A stretch of DNA of 64,000 bases, taken from assembly GCA_964016885.1 (NCBI GenBank), contig OZ024741.1, positions 253,270,001 to 253,334,000 of the forward strand, read 5' to 3'. Shown one piece after another: positions 55,742 to 64,000 of this stretch (the first letter of the stretch is position 1; each line of letters starts with the position of its first letter). A program made the translations under genes and the position numbers. The stretch comes from Eledone cirrhosa (taxonomy: Eukaryota). The notes beneath the pieces were generated by a model. That model made no database searches. It had not been told where the DNA came from and saw only the letters and a program-made list of their open reading frames with translations.

Positions 55742-58700
55742 CATAATCATCATCATCTCATCTTCGTTTAACTTCCATCTTCCATGCTGGCATGGGTTAG
55801 ACATATATATATATATTTATATATATATGTTTGTGCTTCTGTGCACTCATATGTATGTATATGCAGATATATGTATATATTAATGTATGTATGTAATGGA
55901 TGTATATATATTTATATATATATATGAATGTATGTATGTGTGTATGCATGTATGTATGTAAATATATATCATATTTGTGTGTGTGTTTGCATGTGTGTGT
56001 ATATATATACACACACACACATCTTTGAATGTGTTCATAAAAATGTGTATAACATTCTCTCAATTGCATTCTAGAATATTGTGGAATTTTATCCAAATAC
56101 AGAAGAAGTAATTAATAATAAACATGTTTGCATAATTAATTTCGTATTTAATTATACAATTGTCCTATTATTTATTCAGTGACACTGGCAATGTATGCAA
56201 TTCCATTTTTTCCATTTTTCAAAGAGAAGTTATTCCTTCTTATAATTATATTTCCATTTGGAGTTATTTAATTCCTGTTTTGTATTCTGGTTTGAGTTTT
56301 ACTATTCTTCTATGGGAGTATCGTTTAGTCACTGTCGACAACATAGGGTAATGTTACATGAGCAATATATATCTATATCTATATATATGGAGGCACATGG
56401 CTTAGTGGTTAAAGCATTGGCCTTGCAATCGAAAGGTTGTGAGTTCAATTCTCAGACCGGGTGATGTGTTGTTTCCTTGAGCAAGACACTTTATTTCACA
56501 TTGCTCCAGTTTACTCAGCTGTAGAAATGATATGATAGGGACTGGGGTCCCAATCATTCCACTGCAAAGTGGTCATGGAGGTGCCACGGCAAAAAAGCAC
56601 CCAGCACTCTGAGGTTGGTGTTAGGAAGGGCATCCAACTGTAGAAATCAAGCCAGAATCAGTTCCCGCCCCACCCTTGCAAGCAGGGAAAAGCGGACATA
56701 AAATAATGATGATGAAATGATGAACCATCATCTTCTTTTTCATCATCATCATCATTATCATCATCAACACTATCATCGTTGTCATCATCATCGCCATTGT
56801 CATTATCATCATACTAATCCAAGGGCGCTGGATTAGCAGTATCGATAGAGGGTCAGATGCTATGCTTTGCAGCACAGAGTTACGGCCTTTTACAGTCCGG
56901 GTTCAAATCCTGCTGAGGTTAACTTTGCCTTTCATTCTTAAGCGAGTCTCGATAAAATAAAGCACCAGTAATGCACTGGGGTAATTGCTGGCCTTGTGCC
57001 AAAAGTAGAAACAATTATCATCATACGCATCACCACCACCACCACAACCTCCACCAAAACCACCTTCATCCTCATCCATCACCAGTACCCCACCCCACCC
57101 CACACACTACCACTTCCACCACCATCACCAGCATCATTATCCACAACCACCGTCACCACCACACCACCACCACCAACATCACCATACCACCAACACCATT
57201 AACACCACCATCACTACCACCACCACTGTCATCATCGTCATAATTCTTAACATTGTTTGACAAGTCACCACAGATTGTTTAGGGGCCTGGATCTCACTTA
57301 TGTCCCTGCACTCTACAGTTTCCTCAGGCAGGCCAAAGGATTACATCTTGCCAAGTGCATTACATGAATATATGAAAAATAATATAATGTGCATGATTGA
57401 TGATTGCTGGGTGAAGAATTGCAAGGAAATGCCAGTGGAAAGAAACGACAGTTGAGGTAGACCAAGAAAGACCTGGGCAGAGGTAGTGAGGGCTGATTTC
57501 AAATCACTGAGACTTCACAGAGGATCTAATCTAATCTAATCTGGCCGAGTTTACACTTACTAATAAGAAGAACCAGGGCTGCCCCTAGGAGCACTGGATT
57601 TGGTGTACTTCATATTTGTTTCGGTTGCTGAATACAATCAGGGGGTCTCTGCTTCTCCTGAAGGTCAATATTTCTCTTCTAACTCAAGCGGGAGTGCCTT
57701 TCCATTGTCAATTTGCATTGATCATCTGCAAAGCCGCATTGTTCTCAGAACCACTACACCAGACTTTCGATGCGTGCAGCTGGAACTACTGCTACCCGTT
57801 GATTTGGCAGGATCGCAACTCATTTCTACAGCTGAGTAACTGACTGGAACAATGTGAAATAAAGTGTCTTGCTCAAGGACTCAACACATCACCCAGTCCG
57901 AGAATTGAACTCACAAACTTTCGATTGTAAGCTCAATGCTCTAACCACTAAGCCAGTGTCTTCACTAAAATTTCACAGAGGAGATGACAAAGAAACACAG
58001 CAATACTTTCCTGAGATTCTCTAGCCACACTCTAACCAGCGAGTGAAGGGATATTGTGCTGAGAAGGACCCATCCAACCCTTGCGAGTGTGGAAGAACAG
58101 ACATAAAAACGATGATGATGATGAAATAGAATATATATAGATAGATCTCAATATTTGTAATGCTAGAATTCAAATACAGATTTCGCTTAAAATAATTATT
58201 ATTTTTGTGTCTCTAACGATATTTTACCTAATTTTCTAAAGCTATTATCATTCATAGTGATTTCTACATTTAGATTCTAACGTTTTAAATTTCAAATCAT
58301 TCAAGTGCCTTGATAAATTATAAGACAGTAATATCATTCATTACAGCTGCATTTGGTCAAAATAATTCTTAACATCACACACACTCAAACACTGGATATA
58401 ATCTCACAGAAAAATATAAAATAAATTGAGAAATAGAATATACGTTTTGCTATATGTTTATTTCTTCTTTCTCCTTTTTCTTCTTTCTCCACCTTTCTTC
58501 TTTTTTCCTCTTCTTTCTTCTTCTTCACTCACTTATTCCTGGCTGGGTTGTGGGGGCAGCGGGTCCAGTCAGAAGCAACTGCCTCCAATTGATCAGGCTG
58601 GATCCCCAAGCCCAACCAGCTGAGCTCATGGATGTTATCCAACCATCTTGCTCTGGATCTACCTCTGGGTCTCAGGCTAGTTGGTTTTTACCCATCCAAC

Positions 58701-59393
58701 AATTCTTTCCTGAGACACTCTAACCATATGCTCATAGAATCAGATTTGTGATTTCTTGCATTTCCCAAGATCTTGTGTAATCTTAGGCACGTGGTTGAGT
58801 GGTTAAAAAATTGGATTCGCAATCGTGAGGTTGTGAGTTCAATTCTCGGATCAGGTGATGCATTATGTCCTTGAGCAAGATACTTTATTTCATATGGCTC
58901 CCTCTGGCTGGATTCGTGACTTACAGATAGTATTTGGAGTTGGAAAGACCAATGGAAACATTGTTTCCTCGGTCCAATTTGATGTGTTCCACCCCAGTCG
59001 TTAAGCAAATGAGGTCTAGGATCTTGTCAATCAACTGTTGGTTCATCAAAATCGAAGATAAAAAGATGAATGGAAAACTTAACTTCATACAAAAGCTATA
59101 AACATTTGCTCTTCATTCATAAGTTCTGTTATAAAAACTATATTAAACAGTCTGTCTTTCACCTATTAATGGAGGCTTTTAGAAACGTTTACAGAGACAT
59201 TAAAGGGCATATGTTGATGGCCTATGTTCCATAGGGAACTGTAAAGGAAAGATGGCAAATAAAGATACTTTTGTAAAAAGAAGTTTCTTTTTTTTTTTGT
59301 AAATCCCATTTTGAAAAGTAATTTAACCTCAATTTAAACACAGTAATTTTGGAGGAAGAATTTTATTATAAATGTATTTGTGAGTTTTATATT

Positions 59394-59636
59394 GAATAAT
59401 ACTATTCATTTGCAAGCAAACAACTTCATTATGCTATGTTGTTATAGATGACTATCGTCATCAGAGAAATAAGGGCAGTAATCTAGGTTATTGCCCTTTG
59501 TCAAGATTGTATATCTCTTTTCAGAGAAAAGAGATATACAATCTTGACAAAGGGCTAGAACAAAAGGATGACAATAGTCATCTAAAAAACAAGGTGTTAT
59601 GATGCTTGCAAAAAAAATCGAATATTATTATTATTC
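59394..59636. repeat. Degenerate MITE-like fold-back with a perfect inner hairpin
   Basis: Inner arms GCCCTTTGTCAAGATTGTATATCTCTTT / AAAGAGATATACAATCTTGACAAAGGGC. Outer arms TAGATGACTAT.GTCATC. Confidence 0.75.
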
Positions 59637-59975
59637 GATATCCCGCCGAGGTTAACTTTGCCTTTCATCCTTACGGGGTTGATAAAATAAAAGTACCAGT
59701 AATACACTGGATAATTGCTGGCTTGTGCCAAAAGTAGAAACAATTATTATTATTCGATATACAACTCATGAATACATTTACGTATATGCCATGTGAGAGC
59801 AAAAAACTAAATTCTAATTTTGTTTTTAATTTAATTATAAATCTAAAATATAATAAACGGAAAAAATGAAACAAAATTTAATTTCCCACTCTTATGCAAA
59901 TTGGGCTACTCAGCCGTTAATATGCATAAGGTAAGTATATACTTTCAGACGTTCAACAATCTGGCAGGAAGGTAT

Positions 59976-60018
59976 ACGTTGCTGATGATAGCTAATAAGC
60001 TTGAAACTAGTACAGCGT
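59976..60018 (+). ncRNA. Minimal type I hammerhead motif
   Basis: ACGUUG-CUGAUGA-UAGCU AAUA AGCUU-GAAA-CUAG-UA/CAGCGU. Confidence 0.88.
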
Positions 60019-61022
60019 TCCTGTGTCAGTGTTGAACAAACGAGCAACGATGGTTGCTGGACACTACGGTTTAATACGGGATGTTTGTTTACAAACACAC
60101 CGAGCATTATAATAAATGTTCGGTGAATCCATACGTGCATATATATATATGTGTGCATGTATGTATATATACATACTACTGTACGTCTGTATACATATAT
60201 GTATGTACGTGTACATACTTATATTAAAATATAATTGTTTCTACTTTAGGCACAAGGCCAGCAATTGCCCAGTGCATTACTGGTACTTTATTTTATCGAC
60301 CCCGTAAGGATGAAAGGCAAAGTCAACCTCGGCGGGATTTGAACTCAGATCGTAAAGGGACGTAACTATTAAAATATAATATGATATGATATAATATATA
60401 ATAAAGAGAATTGGTGTAAAATCAGTGTAATTTTCAGTAAGAGATTAGATTACAAAGCTACAAGAACTGCATGGTGGATTGGCAGTATCGGTAGAGGGTC
60501 TGACACCATGCTTTGCAGCAAAGAGTTACGGCCCTTTGTGGTCTGAGTTCAAATCCCGCCGAGGTTGACTTTGCCTTTTATCCTTACGGGGGTGGATAAA
60601 ATAAAGCACCAGTAATACACTGAGATAATTGTTGGCCTTGTGCCAAAAGTTGAAACAATTATTCCTAACCAAAGTGTGGAACACAAAAAAATATGGCAGG
60701 GTTTGGGAAATATATGAAAAGTTGTACTGGTTTTAAAATTGATCATTCCCAACTGTAACTATTGTTATTGTTATAACCCCAGGTTAACTTTATTCAAGCA
60801 GACATCTGATGCAAAGTCTGACAATCCATTTTTACAAAGAACCAGGTATATAGAGAATTACATCAACTAATGTGTCCCTTCATAATTTTTTTAAATGATA
60901 GTGTGAGATGTTTCTACCATCTCTAGCAGGTCAAGTAACCATTATGTTTGAATGATGTGATAATGTGTGTTAGTTGTAGTATGTGTAGCAATGTTGATAT
61001 TACCAAAAATTTAGTAGTAGTG

Positions 61023-61067
<45 letters not shown>

Positions 61068-61225
61068 ATAGTAGCAGCAGCAGCAGCACTAGTTGTAGTG
61101 TTTAATACAATGACATAAGTTGCAGTAATACGTGTTGTAATACAGACATAGTTGTATATCGATATCTATCTATCTATCTATCTATATATATATATATATA
61201 TACACACACATATATATATATACAC

Positions 61226-61256
<31 letters not shown>

Positions 61257-61831
61257 CATGTATATATATATATATATACATATACACACATATACATATA
61301 TCGTATATACTTGTATATCGATATCTATCTATCTATCTATATATATATACACACACATATATATATATACACATATACATATATATATATACATATATAT
61401 ATATACATATATACATATACATATACACACATATACATACATATATATACACATATACACATATACACATATATATATATGTGTATATGTATATATGAAT
61501 ATACATATACAAGCAGGGAAAAGCGGACGTAAAATGATGATGATGATGATGATGATATACATATATATATATATATATATAAACTATATTAAAGAAAGGT
61601 TTTTTTCCCAAAAAATCCCATCTCCTGGATCCCACTGTGCTAGAGTTGTCTATGACAACTCAGTTGTATATTAAGAGCCATCACGACTTTGTGAATCATC
61701 CTCCTAGCTTAAAGGGTATATTATTATCATCACAAGATATAGATCTAACATGATATCCAACTGTGTGAGAAACTAGATATCTCAACAACACAGGCAATAA
61801 TATCTCCTATATAGTTTTTATGATATCATGT

Positions 61832-61888
<57 letters not shown>

Positions 61889-61977
61889 GCATGTGTGTAA
61901 TAATAATAGTAATAAACAAAAGCTATATACTTTATATCATCTCATATATATGTATATATAGATATATACACACATTC

Positions 61978-62008
<31 letters not shown>

Positions 62009-62289
62009 TATATATGTATATGTGTGTGTGTGTGTTTGTATATGTATATATATATATATAGGAAAAAGTAAGACCCCGACGGCAGAGCTCAAGCTGTTTC
62101 GATGGCTATTTCTGGGCGTCCAGAAATAGCCATCGAAACGGCTTGAGCTCTGCCGTCCGCGTCTTACTTTTTTCCTATTTCCCACTCTACTACCCTAAGT
62201 ATTAATAATTCTGGTGCGTTATGGTCCATCTGGTTCCTTACCACAATTCCTTTGTTATATATATATATATATATATACAATTCCGAGAA

Positions 62290-63719
62290 AAGAAGGAGGC
62301 TTACAAAACTTGGAAATATGTCCTCCTTCTTGCACTTGCAGTACAAGCAGGCATGAAGAATTGCAGCAGAGACAGTAAAGGCATCCAAATTTAAGACATT
62401 AGAGGGTTAGGCTGGAATCCTATCAGCAAATAAAGTGTTCTGGCAGACCATCTGCTGACTTTCTAATAGGAACTCATTGTCCACACCTCCTATCAAGAAT
62501 GCGCCTGGGGTTGTCCTCTCTTCAGAGAGGTGCATCTTTGTAATGTTGAGAGAATACTTTGCTGATCTAAACCCGATCACAACAGTATCTTCTGATGTAC
62601 ACGATGTGCATCTGGGAATGATGACTAATCTCTTGGAGGTTGAGGTCACAAGAATAGTTAAAGAACTCAAAAAGGCAAAGCCACTGGGGAAGATGAAATC
62701 CAGCCTGAAATGTTAAATGCCTTAAATAGAGAAGGTATTCTCTGGCTGACTCATGAGTATTGGATGGCCTGGATCTCTGGAAATGTACCTAAGAAATGGC
62801 AATTAGAAGTGATATTCCCAATTTTCATAAATGGAGACAAAAGAGATTGTTCCAATTACAGAGGAATCTCCTTGTTAAGCCTTCCTGGTAAAGTCTAAGC
62901 TAAGTGTCTGGCAAAGCTATGCAGGGAGATTGTCAAGTCCAAGCTAGATGATGAACAGTGTAGTTTTCACCCCAGACACACCACAGCTGACCAAATATTC
63001 ACACTGCAGCAGGTCTTTCAGAAATGGGACTATTGCCAAGAGGTGTATTCTTGTTTTGTTGACCTTGATGGGGAAGGTTCTGCCGGAGTTGGGATCGATG
63101 GTCAGCTTCTTGCTGCCCTGATGTCTCTATTCAAATGCCTATCTTCGAGCCATGTTCACAAGTGATAGAAGGCAGGAGGCTGAATTAAGCGCAAGAATTG
63201 CAGGAGCTGGTGCAGTAATGCCCCAGCTTCAGAATTCAGTAATTAGAAGAAAGGAGGTAGGTATAAAAGCCAAACTAGTTATCTCCAATACAATATTTGT
63301 GCCAACCCTTACCTATTGTCATGAATCTTGGGAATTGACCAAAAGAATACGAACATGAATACAAGCAGCCAAAATGGGGTTCCTCCAAAGGCTCTTTGGA
63401 GTAACATTACTCAATAGAGTGCATAGCTCGGAGATCAGAGAGTCACTCCAGGTAGAGACGCTACTTCTCTGAATTGTGATAGCATGGCTACAATACTATG
63501 GGTATGGACAGATTTTATGGGCAAAGCCAACTGGCAAGTGACCCAGGTTAGGGTAGATTCTGAGCAAGATGGTCGGATGACCTCTATGAGCTTCGTTGGA
63601 TCACTTGGGGATTCAGCCAGACCAGTTAGAGATGGCTGCTTCTGACAGTACTCACTGGAAGGAGTGTCTGAGGACTCTGCTCCCACAACCCTCGCATGAA
63701 TAAGTAAATGAAGAAGAAG

Positions 63720-63720
<1 letters not shown>
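62290..63720 (+). mobile_element. Degenerate RTE-clade LINE (second family)
   Basis: Motifs VPKKWQ..IFPIF..GDKRDCSNYRGISLLSLPGKV and IFVPTLTYCHESW, with many stops and deletions and an (AAG)n tail. Confidence 0.85.
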
Positions 63721-63777
<57 letters not shown>

Positions 63778-64000
63778 CGAAGGAGGTGTAGTAAGGAACC
63801 AGATGGACCATAATGCACCAGAGTACTCAATACTTAGGGTAGTAGAGTGGGTAATAGGAAAAGGTTATACCCCAACGACAGAGCTCAAGCCGTTTCGATG
63901 GCTATTTCTGGAAATAGCCGTTGAAACGGCTTGAGCTCTGCCGTCGGGGTCTAACATTTTCCTATATATATACATATATATACATATATATATATATATA

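Overview
AT-rich, microsatellite-saturated eukaryotic DNA, most consistent with an Octopus (cephalopod) genome, judging from the protocadherin type and the SINE families. The only convincing host gene is a minus-strand protocadherin exon (about 31491-33899) with a signal peptide, 6 cadherin repeats and a TM helix, bounded by plausible splice sites. The rest is (TA)n, (ACC)n, (AGT)n and (TACA)n repeats plus a dead DD37D (maT) transposon, RTE, CR1 and RLE-type LINE fragments, tRNA/CORE SINEs and nested MITEs. The most striking signal is non-coding. By hand I found about 25 type-I hammerhead-ribozyme motifs (stem I-CUGANGA-stem II-GAAA-stem III-NUH-stem I') in at least 13 apparently unrelated sequence families. 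They lie in non-coding elements that end in (TA)n tracts. These elements form tandem arrays (558-bp and 467-bp monomers), partial tandems and inverted 'V' structures whose RNA 3' ends consistently point outward. Some fold-back centres coincide with ribozyme helices. I infer a community of non-autonomous Penelope-dependent or retrozyme-like elements. No Penelope RT/GIY-YIG ORF is present in the window, and catalytic activity is untested. All motif calls were made by eye; boundaries of repeats and fragments are approximate.
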